From sequence record MG655269.1: a stretch of 64,000 nucleotides of DNA, one strand, 5' to 3'. Shown one piece after another: positions 8,967-18,258 of this stretch; within the stretch, counting starts at the first letter, position 1, and every line of letters starts with the position of its first letter. The position numbers and the translations under genes were made by a program. A model generated the notes under the pieces. The model was not told the DNA's origin, made no database searches, and worked only from the letters and a program-made list of their open reading frames with translations.

Positions 8967-11342
8967 ATGAATTTAAATGTGGACTATACAATTTACGTGG
9001 ATAACACCAAGAAGCTTATCCGCACAATGGTCATTAATTCGGCTCAATCAGCTAATATAATTAACGGCCGTATGGATGGCTTGGGGTACGGTCGTGACAT
9101 CTACGACAAGAGTACCTGGAAGTACTACATGAACATGGCCGGGATCTACCATCCGTCCAATGACCCGATGCAGGTGAAGTCACTCGATAACGGTCAGCTC
9201 ATCGACTTTACCCGTGAGAACATGGAGATCCATGTCAGCACCAAACGCAGCTACCAGTACGGCACCGACTATTATAAAGCCCTGGTTGCCCAATACCCGT
9301 ATCAGATCGCGCTGATCAAGGGGATCTTAAACCCAATTGATCTCAGTGTCTCAACCACCGCCGATGACTGGCAGATCCTCTATTACGATAAGACGCTGGT
9401 AGAAGACGGTGAAGAGAACCTGATCCCCCGTTTCCAGGAGTGGGTCAACACCCTGATCACCCAGACCTATCTGCCGGACTATGTCTACATCACCGAAGAT
9501 CTGATGCACCACTTCTATCTTTCCTTAATTGGTGGTTTTGGCCCTGGTGTGATCCTGGGGATTCGCTTAGAGAACATCAAAACCAACCGGGCACACAGCT
9601 TCCATATCTGGTCGCACATTCTGTCGCATGCTGATATTGAGCAGTATCGTCCGTACCTGAACCGCAAACAGATCCTCTATCTGTATCGCAACATTGTGTG
9701 GCATACCCGCAACCCAGGTGCGCAATACTCCTTCCAGAAGATGATCGACGCCTTCTTAACGGAACGCCGCATCCCATTACAGTCATACAACGCTCAGCAC
9801 AACACCTCGAGCATCCTGACCAAGATTAAACCCGAGGTGGAGTTCAAGCGTGAACTGTTGAACATGCAAGATGCGATTGCCAATGTGAACTATGTGCGCA
9901 GTACCCGTGAGATCCTGGAAGATGAAGTGCCGCTGGCGAAGAACAACGCCGATGTGTACGAAGACCGAATCGGGGAAGTCATTCAGGATGTTGGGACTAA
10001 CCGCAACAGTAACCTGCCGACCAAAGTGTTGGAATCCAACATGCGGGATCTCTCTGACTCGCTGCCGTTCTCACACTCCCTGACATTACTGAACGAATGG
10101 GTGCGGTTGTCCTCTACCGGAATGTACACCGCAGTGATCACCACCACCAACCCCAACACCGGATTGACCATGACCATGACAGTAAAGGAAGCGTTCATCC
10201 TTTACCTGTACGGTGTCTGGCAAAGTCACGGGGTTAACTTGGAGACGATCCCGACCTTCCGTGCCAATATGGTAATGAAGATCCCTCGGCCACAGTTTGC
10301 GTTCTTAAAAGCACAATACGGCTCGCAGCACGTCACTGACGAGTTCATCAAGTACGCCCTGAATCTCTGTCCGGATATCCCGGCGATCATCTCAACAGAA
10401 ACCTTCTATGCGAAGACACTTGAGATTAATGCCGCGACCCAGTTGCACCGGGATCTGTACAGCTACCGTAACCACTATCATGCACGGGCAGAATTCGAAG
10501 CCCTGGCCTTTGGTTTCTACCAAGATCAGGATTGCGACATCAACTCCGGCATGACGTATAAGGAGTTCTTCAAACAGAAGGGGTGGAACTTCACTGACTT
10601 ACCGCCAGAAGAGTGGGTGGTGTTCGCCAACAAGGTCTCCTCCATTGCCACCGGGTTGGACACGGCTAACCAGCAGAAGCTCGCGGATATTCAGCAAGCC
10701 ATGTTGGGTCTGACCATGCAGCTGTCCAGTTACACCATTCAAGTGATCAGGAAGATCAATGAAGAAGCGGTGGTGATGCTCGACTGGCCAACCTTGCGTG
10801 GGGGCGACATGCACATGAAGGTCTATCAACAGTGGCACTTGGTAGATAACCCTGTGCGACCGATTGATACCCACATGCGTGAGAAGAAGACCTACAAGCT
10901 GATCCACGACTTCCCGAAAGGCCATAACTCGGTAGAGCGCAGCTGGCGCTTCTATATCGACACCGCACGGCAGTTAAGTAGTCAGGGAATCAACTCCCGT
11001 TACAACTATTTAAACGGCGCACGTATGCGGCTGTGGACGGCTGACGATGCGGCGGGTACCGAGAACGAGTTTGACCAGCAGATGACCGTGAAAGATCTGC
11101 AAGGTCTCTGGATTGACCCGTACGGCGATGCCCGTCCGCCGGCTGACTTCAGTGCAGAAGTGTTGAACGGATTGTGGACTGATCCGTTACCCGGGATTGC
11201 ACCAATCGTTAGTAGCTTGGGTGGGTTGTGGATCGATGGTCCAAAGAGCAGTGGTTTTGATGAGGATCTCAACGGACTGCATGCCGAAGTCCCTGCGGCA
11301 TTACAAGCCTTACGCAATACCCCGGGTGATAGCGCCACGTAA
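8967..11342 (+). CDS. Virion structural protein, probable baseplate component (phiKZ gp128-like)
   Basis: Start refined to MNLNVDY (GGGAG RBS). WKYYMNMAGIYHPS and HSFHIWSHI motifs; divergent from the portal gene as in phiKZ-like genomes. Confidence 0.7.
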   Translation: MNLNVDYTIYVDNTKKLIRTMVINSAQSANIINGRMDGLGYGRDIYDKSTWKYYMNMAGIYHPSNDPMQVKSLDNGQLIDFTRENMEIHVSTKRSYQYGTDYYKALVAQYPYQIALIKGILNPIDLSVSTTADDWQILYYDKTLVEDGEENLIPRFQEWVNTLITQTYLPDYVYITEDLMHHFYLSLIGGFGPGVILGIRLENIKTNRAHSFHIWSHILSHADIEQYRPYLNRKQILYLYRNIVWHTRNPGAQYSFQKMIDAFLTERRIPLQSYNAQHNTSSILTKIKPEVEFKRELLNMQDAIANVNYVRSTREILEDEVPLAKNNADVYEDRIGEVIQDVGTNRNSNLPTKVLESNMRDLSDSLPFSHSLTLLNEWVRLSSTGMYTAVITTTNPNTGLTMTMTVKEAFILYLYGVWQSHGVNLETIPTFRANMVMKIPRPQFAFLKAQYGSQHVTDEFIKYALNLCPDIPAIISTETFYAKTLEINAATQLHRDLYSYRNHYHARAEFEALAFGFYQDQDCDINSGMTYKEFFKQKGWNFTDLPPEEWVVFANKVSSIATGLDTANQQKLADIQQAMLGLTMQLSSYTIQVIRKINEEAVVMLDWPTLRGGDMHMKVYQQWHLVDNPVRPIDTHMREKKTYKLIHDFPKGHNSVERSWRFYIDTARQLSSQGINSRYNYLNGARMRLWTADDAAGTENEFDQQMTVKDLQGLWIDPYGDARPPADFSAEVLNGLWTDPLPGIAPIVSSLGGLWIDGPKSSGFDEDLNGLHAEVPAALQALRNTPGDSAT

Positions 11343-11374
11343 CCGGCATAATGAGGGGTCGTCACTGACCCCTC
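11343..11374 (-). terminator. Hairpin + TTATGCCGG element in minus orientation
   Basis: CCGGCATAA lies left of the GAGGGGTC/GACCCCTC stem; both flanking genes are on +. Confidence 0.6.
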
Positions 11375-11421
11375 AAAAGTAATCCTATGTTTACACCACC
11401 TCTACGCCTAAGGAGAACCAC

Positions 11422-12297
11422 GTGCCTGCTAATCAGCCGATTCACGGTGAGGGTGACTATGTTGTAGACGTCGCATTGAGCTCTGCTGAGTTAGTGTATG
11501 GTTTGATTAACCATGACAACAACACAGACTACACCTCATTGACGTTACGGTTAGGAACCCCGACTGTAAATACCAATGCACAGCACGATCGTAATACCCG
11601 TATCTTTGCCCAAACTCGTCCAGGCGCGCCGAAGCAGGGGTCAACGTATTTCTATTATGATCGTATTTCGCTGGCCTACTACCTGCAAAACTACCCCGAC
11701 CTGGAAGTCGACATCACCGATGACATGCTCACCATGCGTGATCTGATTCCGTGGATGAACCAGACCTTTGGATTAGGGTTGGTTGCTGAAGATGTCCGGG
11801 CCGATTTAATTGACCGCACCCCGAACGCTGAAAACCGCTTTGCGATGTCAGCTGCCTCCATGGCCTGGCAGGATTCGATCGTCTTAAAGATCAACATCCC
11901 ACCGGTGGATATTGCCACCTTGACCGGCGACTCGGTCTTTGATGCCATTGAAGTGGTGTCAGAACACCCCCGCACTTACGGTCAGCTGTATGGCTACCAG
12001 GTTGACACCGCTGGTATGGCGGCATTACTGACCGGTCTGCCAATTGGTAAGCTGAGTAATCTCAATGGTGAGAACCTCACGCAAGCATTGTCCACTGCTA
12101 CTTCTGACTATTGGGCTTTCGATGCAACTCCAGTTGTCCGTAACCTCTATGGCGCTACTGTGCGCTTTAATGGTCGCAGTACTGACCAGGCCGTGTACCC
12201 CACTAAACCAGACAACGCGTACATGGTAATCGTGGATATTGTTGAGAGCGAATGCCTGGAGTTCGAAGGCCCGTTGGTTCTCTACTACACCCGTTAA
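11422..12297 (+). CDS. Baseplate/tail structural protein, paralogue family 1 (phiKZ gp130-135-like)
   Basis: GTG start with AAGGAG RBS; YYDRISL N-terminal motif; NLYGATVRFNG...C...GPLVLYY C-terminus shared with 12313 and 14043. Confidence 0.7.
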   Translation: MPANQPIHGEGDYVVDVALSSAELVYGLINHDNNTDYTSLTLRLGTPTVNTNAQHDRNTRIFAQTRPGAPKQGSTYFYYDRISLAYYLQNYPDLEVDITDDMLTMRDLIPWMNQTFGLGLVAEDVRADLIDRTPNAENRFAMSAASMAWQDSIVLKINIPPVDIATLTGDSVFDAIEVVSEHPRTYGQLYGYQVDTAGMAALLTGLPIGKLSNLNGENLTQALSTATSDYWAFDATPVVRNLYGATVRFNGRSTDQAVYPTKPDNAYMVIVDIVESECLEFEGPLVLYYTR

Positions 12298-12312
12298 CCG
12301 AGGAATCGCATT

Positions 12313-13131
12313 ATGTTACAACGCATTCTGCAAAAGACGGCTAACGAGATTATCGTTGAACCGTTTAACCTGGCTTTTAACACCAACTTAAAAGCTGCCA
12401 ATTTTGAGCTGAAGGATGTCGGCCCTGCAACCGGTGGAAAAGATACCCAAGCCACCTTGTCGGTGATCGACACCACTTCCGGGTATAAAGGTGAGCGTCC
12501 GTTCACGTATAACCGTCTGGATGCCACAGAACTCTTTTACGGTGTGCCGAAGTTCTTCCCAATGGGTTCGGCTGACATTGATGAATACTCTGTCGTTGGG
12601 ATGCTGGCCTTACGTTATGGTCTGAAGCTTGACATCAACCATATCGCTAACGTCGCCATCACTGCCGGTAAAGCCGTGGTAACGTTTGCAGATTCATCCC
12701 CGATCATCAAAGGCAGTGTGCAGTTTGACTTCTACGATGAAGCCATCGATTTGGAAGAACTGATTGCTGACCCAGAAATCGGCGTGCTGGAGATGCCAGA
12801 GCGTACTGAGAAGCCGAACGTGACGTATTACAGTTACGCGTATGACATGACGTACTGTAAAGCGTTTGTTCCGGGTATGCCGGTGGGTTCACTGGCAACA
12901 CAGGAACTGGCCGACGCGGTAGCGAACATCACCGGTGATCCGTGGGTGTTGGCAGACGGCTCGACCACTGAATACAACCTGGCCGGTGCCGAGCTTGTCT
13001 ACAACGGCAACACCACCACTGCGAATGCCCAGGGCTATCCCGTCAATGACGAATACGCCATGGTGGCTTTGTTTAAATTAACAGATTCATGTAATAATTT
13101 TAGTGGTCTGCTAATGGTTAACATGAACTAA
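12313..13131 (+). CDS. Baseplate/tail structural protein, paralogue family 1
   Basis: YNRLD motif; NLAGAELVYNG...C..FSGLL C-terminus; GAGGA RBS. Confidence 0.7.
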   Translation: MLQRILQKTANEIIVEPFNLAFNTNLKAANFELKDVGPATGGKDTQATLSVIDTTSGYKGERPFTYNRLDATELFYGVPKFFPMGSADIDEYSVVGMLALRYGLKLDINHIANVAITAGKAVVTFADSSPIIKGSVQFDFYDEAIDLEELIADPEIGVLEMPERTEKPNVTYYSYAYDMTYCKAFVPGMPVGSLATQELADAVANITGDPWVLADGSTTEYNLAGAELVYNGNTTTANAQGYPVNDEYAMVALFKLTDSCNNFSGLLMVNMN

Positions 13132-13151
13132 TCTGTTGAAAAGGAACAATA

Positions 13152-14027
13152 ATGAAACGTAATGTCAGATCGCATGCAGGGAACATGTTGCAGGTCGCCC
13201 AGATGTTGGGGATTGCACATGTGGTTCAGGAGCACACCACGCTGAATGAAAAGTTCAATGTGCTGCCTGATCAGATCCCGCAGACCGGTCGCCCTAACAT
13301 GCAGTACTTCTGCATTGGCTTTGGCGGACACAAAGGTATTCTCGGTAAGAACAATACCTTCCTGTCCACATCGATCGACCACTACCCGGATCATGCAGCG
13401 CTTTATAAACACATCCCGTTTGTGTTGCGTGAGATCGGTAATGACCTCACTGCAGATCAGCGCGCGAAGTATCGTCTGCGCAGCATCATCACGCTGGATG
13501 ATGGCAGTCGCTATATCGCCTATTACCTGAAGAAGATCGAACTCAGTAATGTGGTGGTGCGTTCTCAAAAGAACACACGCGATGAAGCCGGTTTAATCAC
13601 CACCTCTGACTATGTGCCGGATGCCTCGGTACTGAACCCACAACAACCTGAACTCAACACCAACAACATCGACCAGGTAGTCACCTCCACGACCTTCTTG
13701 TCAGCCAACGCTGAACTGGATCTGTCGCTGAATGAGCTTGACTGTTCAGAGCTGCTCGATGTCGCCCGCATCCTTTATAAAGATGAAGCGTATGCCCTGG
13801 TGTCGGAGTACGGTCTGGTGGCAGGTATCGATGTCCCTGCTCAGGGTTCAACCGGTGCTGGCGGAACCATTCAGTATACTGAAGTGGTGGCGGCACAGAT
13901 CGTGGACTTCATGACCAACCGTGGCTCAGGTGCGGATGATGACGATAAAGGCATCACCTGTCTGGTCAACTACGGTGCTACTGAGCCGCTGTTAGCTGAC
14001 AGTGGTGCAAACGCAACAACCGTCTAA
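13152..14027 (+). CDS. Conserved virion structural protein (tail/baseplate cluster)
   Basis: YFCIGFGGH...HYPDHAALYKHIPFVLR...NDLT...KYRLR is recognisable as a phiKZ-family structural protein; AAGGA RBS. Confidence 0.65.
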   Translation: MKRNVRSHAGNMLQVAQMLGIAHVVQEHTTLNEKFNVLPDQIPQTGRPNMQYFCIGFGGHKGILGKNNTFLSTSIDHYPDHAALYKHIPFVLREIGNDLTADQRAKYRLRSIITLDDGSRYIAYYLKKIELSNVVVRSQKNTRDEAGLITTSDYVPDASVLNPQQPELNTNNIDQVVTSTTFLSANAELDLSLNELDCSELLDVARILYKDEAYALVSEYGLVAGIDVPAQGSTGAGGTIQYTEVVAAQIVDFMTNRGSGADDDDKGITCLVNYGATEPLLADSGANATTV

Positions 14028-14042
14028 TGACACGGGGGTGAC

Positions 14043-14912
14043 ATGAACATTCTGGGTAAAGATCCACAACAGTTGATCAAAGAACTCGCTGCCGGTCACA
14101 ACAATGTCACGTTGGTGCCAGGGGCGACGAAAGTGGTCAACTTTCAAAACCTGGCTGGTACGGTTGGTATTGACGCACAGGCGGATATTGTCCCGGCTGA
14201 CCCGACCGTCTATTACCGTAAGAAGACCATCCAGTTTGGCAAGATCGATCTGTCCAAACATTGGCTGAATCAGCGTCTGACGATCCCACTGCAGGCAAAC
14301 TCAACCAGCCACAGCATCTTACCACAGCTGATCAAACGTTATGGTCTGAAACTGTCCACGGATGATCTGGTGTTGACCACGGTAAATACCAGTAAAGATA
14401 TCTGGGAATTGCCGATTCGGGTGAAAGCCACCTCGTGGGTCTTTAAGAACACGCTGGACAACATCATCGTCTACGCCACCGATGTCAGCACTGATCTGCA
14501 GTATGTGATCAAACGCCCATCGTTGACTGGGCTGGCGTATCCTTCTGCCGATACCACCAAGATGCAAGGCCCGCTGTTAAGCTACGGCATGCATTACAGT
14601 GTGTATACCGGACAGAACGAAGCGCTTAGAAATGCGAAGGTCGGTTACAAGATGATTGTGGCCTCTGACGATGACTGGGCGATTGCGGATCTGCTGTCGG
14701 ACTATACGGGCCTGGCGTGGTCGTTTAAACAGACTGGGCCAAGCCTGTACAATGCCGAAGTGGTTTACAATGGTGTTGCAACGAATGTACCGAGCACCTA
14801 TTCCCATCTTGATCGCAATAGCGCCACGAACTTCTTAATTTTGAAGCTCAGTGGTGTTGGTGATGTGGGCGGGTATGTGGCTATTGGTTACACGATCGAA
14901 GTTGATCCGTAG
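14043..14912 (+). CDS. Baseplate/tail structural protein, paralogue family 1
   Basis: FGKIDL (YNRLD equivalent); SLYNAEVVYNG...GYVAIGY C-terminus. Confidence 0.7.
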   Translation: MNILGKDPQQLIKELAAGHNNVTLVPGATKVVNFQNLAGTVGIDAQADIVPADPTVYYRKKTIQFGKIDLSKHWLNQRLTIPLQANSTSHSILPQLIKRYGLKLSTDDLVLTTVNTSKDIWELPIRVKATSWVFKNTLDNIIVYATDVSTDLQYVIKRPSLTGLAYPSADTTKMQGPLLSYGMHYSVYTGQNEALRNAKVGYKMIVASDDDWAIADLLSDYTGLAWSFKQTGPSLYNAEVVYNGVATNVPSTYSHLDRNSATNFLILKLSGVGDVGGYVAIGYTIEVDP

Positions 14913-14925
14913 CAGTGTATAAATA

Positions 14926-14951
14926 AAGGGTGGGGCTTCGGCTCTGCCCTT
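14926..14951 (+). promoter_or_regulatory. UUCG-capped hairpin directly upstream of the resolvase RBS
   Basis: AAGGGTGGGGC-TTCG-GCTCTGCCCTT, 11 bp with three G-U pairs; no U-tract; followed immediately by AGGGAG. Confidence 0.5.
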
Positions 14952-14961
14952 AGGGAGTCTT

Positions 14962-15567
14962 ATGATGGTGTTGCAAGATGGACGCCCGGTGGAAGAGTTA
15001 CTGCAGGTCTCCATTGACCCCGGAACCGATACCGTCGGTGTTACGTTATTGGGATTGCATCCGATCACCCTTGAGATGACCTGGAAGGAATCCTTTACGT
15101 TGTATGGATCATTGCTTAATTACCGCTCAGAGCTCGTGTTCCAGGAAGACCGGAATCGCGATGCACGTTTAAAGGGCCTCACTGATGCCCTGCTGCGTTA
15201 TCTCTGTACGGTGCGGCCTCACGTAGTGGTGTTTGAAGATAACTTCTTACGTCACTCCCCACAGGCCTTTAAAGCACTGATCGAATCGGTGGAAGCCATT
15301 AAGCGCGCAGTCTGGGGATATAACCCATACTTACCGTTCTATGAGATCTCTCCGATGCAGGCGAAAGGTGCCGTGAATGCGATTGCTCCTCGCGGACAAA
15401 AACATGATAAGGAGCTAGTGCGTAAGGGACTGATGAACTATCCACGTTTACAAATCCCTCATGCTGTTTTGCAGACACTCTCTGAGCACGCAGTTGACTC
15501 CGTCGCCATCGGCATCTACGGCCTGGAACAATTGTCGCTCGCATTGAGTGCTGCTCATTGGAGATAA
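14962..15567 (+). CDS. ruvC: RuvC-like Holliday junction resolvase
   Basis: SIDPGT (Asp1), VVVFED (Glu), HAVDSVAIG (C-terminal Asp): RNase H-fold RuvC signature; 201 aa. Confidence 0.85.
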   Translation: MMVLQDGRPVEELLQVSIDPGTDTVGVTLLGLHPITLEMTWKESFTLYGSLLNYRSELVFQEDRNRDARLKGLTDALLRYLCTVRPHVVVFEDNFLRHSPQAFKALIESVEAIKRAVWGYNPYLPFYEISPMQAKGAVNAIAPRGQKHDKELVRKGLMNYPRLQIPHAVLQTLSEHAVDSVAIGIYGLEQLSLALSAAHWR

Positions 15568-15568
15568 A

Positions 15569-16078
15569 ATGACTACGCAGGCTACTGAAGAAGAGAAGGT
15601 GGAAGTACCGGCCTCGAGTCTGGTTGAGCCAGTGATCGAGTCGGTGCATCCGCCGGTTGTCCGGGCAATGAACTTTGCCGGGGTATTGGCTGTCCTCACC
15701 ACCTGTTTGTGTGCCATTGCCTTCTTTGCCAACATGTCAATCCATGTCTGGCGAAACGGGTCATGGCCACCGAACGTGGGGGCAGTGATCGTGGCGGTGG
15801 TATTGATCGGCCCTGTCTTAACCGCCTGGCAGTTCATGGGTGTGCGCAAAATCCTAACCTCATTACTTTCAAACGAGAATGGCCTGGGGTTAGGCGGAAT
15901 TGCGAAAGAGGTCGTGGCCCGTCGTATGGGGTTTCAATACCAACCGACCCAGCCAATGACCAGCCAGCAGGTGCAGCAGAACTATCCGCCGCATCAACCG
16001 CCGGTGGAATACCCCACGCCACCCGAGGGTTATGCACAGAACGTCCCGCCCGTACCACCAGGTGAGAATGCACGATGA
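15569..16078 (+). CDS. Putative holin (2 TM helices, Q/P-rich cytoplasmic tail)
   Basis: Start refined (GGAG RBS, ATG 15569); hydrophobic segments FAGVLAVLTTCLCAIAFFA and VGAVIVAVVLIGPVLTAW; adjacent to the spanins. Confidence 0.5.
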   Translation: MTTQATEEEKVEVPASSLVEPVIESVHPPVVRAMNFAGVLAVLTTCLCAIAFFANMSIHVWRNGSWPPNVGAVIVAVVLIGPVLTAWQFMGVRKILTSLLSNENGLGLGGIAKEVVARRMGFQYQPTQPMTSQQVQQNYPPHQPPVEYPTPPEGYAQNVPPVPPGENAR

Positions 16079-16099
16079 ATAGCACCGAACTGATTTAAT

Positions 16100-16153
16100 C
16101 AGCATAAAGACAGAGGGCCTCCGCAAGGAAGCTCTCTGTCTTGTTTATGCCGG
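16100..16153. terminator. Bidirectional long hairpin flanked by CAGCATAAA and TTTATGCCGG
   Basis: AAGACAGAGGGC...GCTCTCTGTCTT stem with a GCAA inner loop between convergent genes. Confidence 0.8.
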
Positions 16154-16159
16154 TTAAGG

Positions 16160-16663
16160 TTATTTTGTCGATCCCGTAGGGGGATTAACTTTCAGGTTGT
16201 TCAACTGTTTTATTGCAGTGAGCAGACCGGTGGTGTATTCCTGGAGTTTGGTCAGACGACGAGCAGTGTCATCCGCTTCTGCCCCAATGTTGATTAAGAA
16301 CTGACTGTCTTCAGGTGGAAAGTACAGGTACTCATCATCTTCGAGCACACTGGTGACTTTATAGTTTACATCAGGCAAAGGTGCAATCGCTGCCGTTGAG
16401 GTAGCTGGAGCACCCGCTGGAACACCTACAGTTGCAGGCACGACAGCATCACTCGTACTACCAAAGCGGTCAATGATTCGCTTTTGCACCGTCGGAGCCG
16501 CGGGTCGCATCAGGGGAGCTGGCGGCTCCTGGACTTGCAATACCGTTTGCTCCAGCAACGTTCCGGTAAGGGATGGTGACGGGGGCACTTGGTTTCTTGA
16601 TCCGCAACCGGAAAGAACCATCACTAACAGCCCCAAGCAAGTTCCCAGTAGTAGCTTGCGCAT
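16160..16663 (-). CDS. Outer-membrane spanin (lipoprotein)
   Basis: MRKLLLGTCLGLLVMVLSG|C lipobox; Pro-rich region; start lies within the i-spanin gene; GGAG RBS. Confidence 0.75.
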   Translation of the reverse strand: MRKLLLGTCLGLLVMVLSGCGSRNQVPPSPSLTGTLLEQTVLQVQEPPAPLMRPAAPTVQKRIIDRFGSTSDAVVPATVGVPAGAPATSTAAIAPLPDVNYKVTSVLEDDEYLYFPPEDSQFLINIGAEADDTARRLTKLQEYTTGLLTAIKQLNNLKVNPPTGSTK

Positions 16664-16934
16664 CCTGTGACTCCTTATCATATTCAGAACTGATTCGTTG
16701 AGTCAGCGCCATCTGTTGTTGCTGGATGTCTCTCGTCTGCTCCCCGAGGACCTTTAGTTGATTAACAGATTCGCCTATCGATTCAATCTGTTTCGACATT
16801 TGTTTCTGTTGTTCACCAAGCGTGGCAACCGACGTCGCTGTTGACCACAGAAAATAGACAACGAAGCCTACCACTGCGATGACAAGTACGACTTTGAAGT
16901 TTTTAAGAAATAGTTCTTTCAGCAGAATCCACAT
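16470..16934 (-). CDS. Inner-membrane spanin (Rz-like)
   Basis: Single N-terminal TM, coiled coil, VSDGSFRLRI motif resembling lambda Rz VAAGRRRLHI; overlaps the o-spanin gene. Confidence 0.75.
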   Translation of the reverse strand: MWILLKELFLKNFKVVLVIAVVGFVVYFLWSTATSVATLGEQQKQMSKQIESIGESVNQLKVLGEQTRDIQQQQMALTQRISSEYDKESQDAQATTGNLLGAVSDGSFRLRIKKPSAPVTIPYRNVAGANGIASPGAASSPDATRGSDGAKANH

Positions 16935-16943
16935 AAGTCGACC

Positions 16944-18173
16944 TTAATAGGTAGAGATCTTCAACCACCAGGCTTTGGCAAAGACCCAGGGTTTGGGCAT
17001 CAGCCCATAGTCTGTGACAATGTCCTCGTTACGGTACTGGATGGTTGTGTTAAGGGCGAATCGCCGACGATGGTGTAAGGTAAGTAACCGAGAGCGTCCC
17101 TCGCCCGGGCGTAGCAAAGGCTCCGCCATCACCCCGTTGTTCAGCTGAATGGGGATACGAGTGTTATCGGGCACGGTGAACATACCAGGCCATTTATGTG
17201 TCTCCAGGGGAATCTGCTCCACTTCTAAGAGCGGATTGTCAAACACCACCCAAAAACTGGTAGATAAGAGCAGCCAGGCTTTGTAGAAGTCATCCTTCTG
17301 GTAATCACCCTTGCTCATGATCCGAGGCGAGTCAGGATTGATATTGGCCGGAATGCTAGATAGGTCTATGAATTCGCGGTCATAGAAATAGCGATCAACC
17401 CAGTCAATATACACCGTTGACAAACTGACCAGGCCTTCTCCGAGGATAGAGATGACTTCATCCTGCCAATAGAAGATCCCACCGATCACAATCCCGACGG
17501 ATTTACCCTGGGTGCTAAACGGTGGCGACATCAGGATCTTCTGCCGATAGGGGTTCAGTTCATCTGAAGGCTGGAGCTGGTCAGCGGTGATGGAGTAACA
17601 CTTCAGGGTGCTGACATTATGAAAGCTCAATACGCCTGATTTCACATCGTTGCTGACTTTGGCATTTTTACACGCATCTAACAGATAGATGCCGTCATCG
17701 GATAGCGAGCTGCGGTGCAGGTAGCCGTTCACGGTAAACAATGCACAGTTAAATAATGTCGGGTAGTCCACTCCTTCTTTCATTAAGATGACATCATTAG
17801 CGTCCGCATAGCTAAAGTCACGTTTCAGGGATGAGGTGATGTTGGTTGGTTTTTGGGTAAACCACCATTCATTGAGATTGTTAAATAGCGCAGACTTCTT
17901 GGTGAGATTAGGTAGCGTCGTTGAGGTGGCCAACGCCCGGTTACCGAGCGAGGCTAACCACTGCACCAACGTACCGTTGAAAGCACTCACTTCATTATAA
18001 TAATCCTGCAGAACCAGACAGACGTTCTTCTTTAGAAAGGGTGACGATAATATGACCCGGTTTTCAGAATAGGTCTGCAACACCGTTTTGAGCTGCATGG
18101 ATGAAATATCGTCAGCAACTAACTTCGGGCGCTTGCCCACGGTTTTGGAAATACAGGCAACGTAGTTATACAT
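16944..18173 (-). CDS. Conserved virion structural protein (phiKZ gp139-like)
   Basis: 409 aa; LFTVNGYLH and IVIGGIFY motifs typical of this phage family; GGAG RBS. Confidence 0.6.
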   Translation of the reverse strand: MYNYVACISKTVGKRPKLVADDISSMQLKTVLQTYSENRVILSSPFLKKNVCLVLQDYYNEVSAFNGTLVQWLASLGNRALATSTTLPNLTKKSALFNNLNEWWFTQKPTNITSSLKRDFSYADANDVILMKEGVDYPTLFNCALFTVNGYLHRSSLSDDGIYLLDACKNAKVSNDVKSGVLSFHNVSTLKCYSITADQLQPSDELNPYRQKILMSPPFSTQGKSVGIVIGGIFYWQDEVISILGEGLVSLSTVYIDWVDRYFYDREFIDLSSIPANINPDSPRIMSKGDYQKDDFYKAWLLLSTSFWVVFDNPLLEVEQIPLETHKWPGMFTVPDNTRIPIQLNNGVMAEPLLRPGEGRSRLLTLHHRRRFALNTTIQYRNEDIVTDYGLMPKPWVFAKAWWLKISTY

Positions 18174-18202
18174 GCGCTCCGCCCTTAGTTTGAAAAATCA
18201 AT

Positions 18203-18208
18203 CATATG
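18203..18208. promoter_or_regulatory. Candidate bidirectional late promoter core (CATATG = TATG on both strands)
   Basis: Lies in the 85-bp AT-rich gap between divergent structural genes; phiKZ-type late promoters use TATG at the start site. Confidence 0.35.
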
Positions 18209-18258
18209 TGCTCGTTACTTAAACATACCTAAGCTATAAAATTACTTTGGAGACCGAC

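Noticed and set aside
14962-15567. RuvC-fold protein as TnpB/Cas12-like effector, or as oddly placed in the tail cluster
   Set aside because: Only 201 aa, with no zinc finger, bridge helix or transposon ends; a resolvase at this position matches remembered phiKZ-family synteny.
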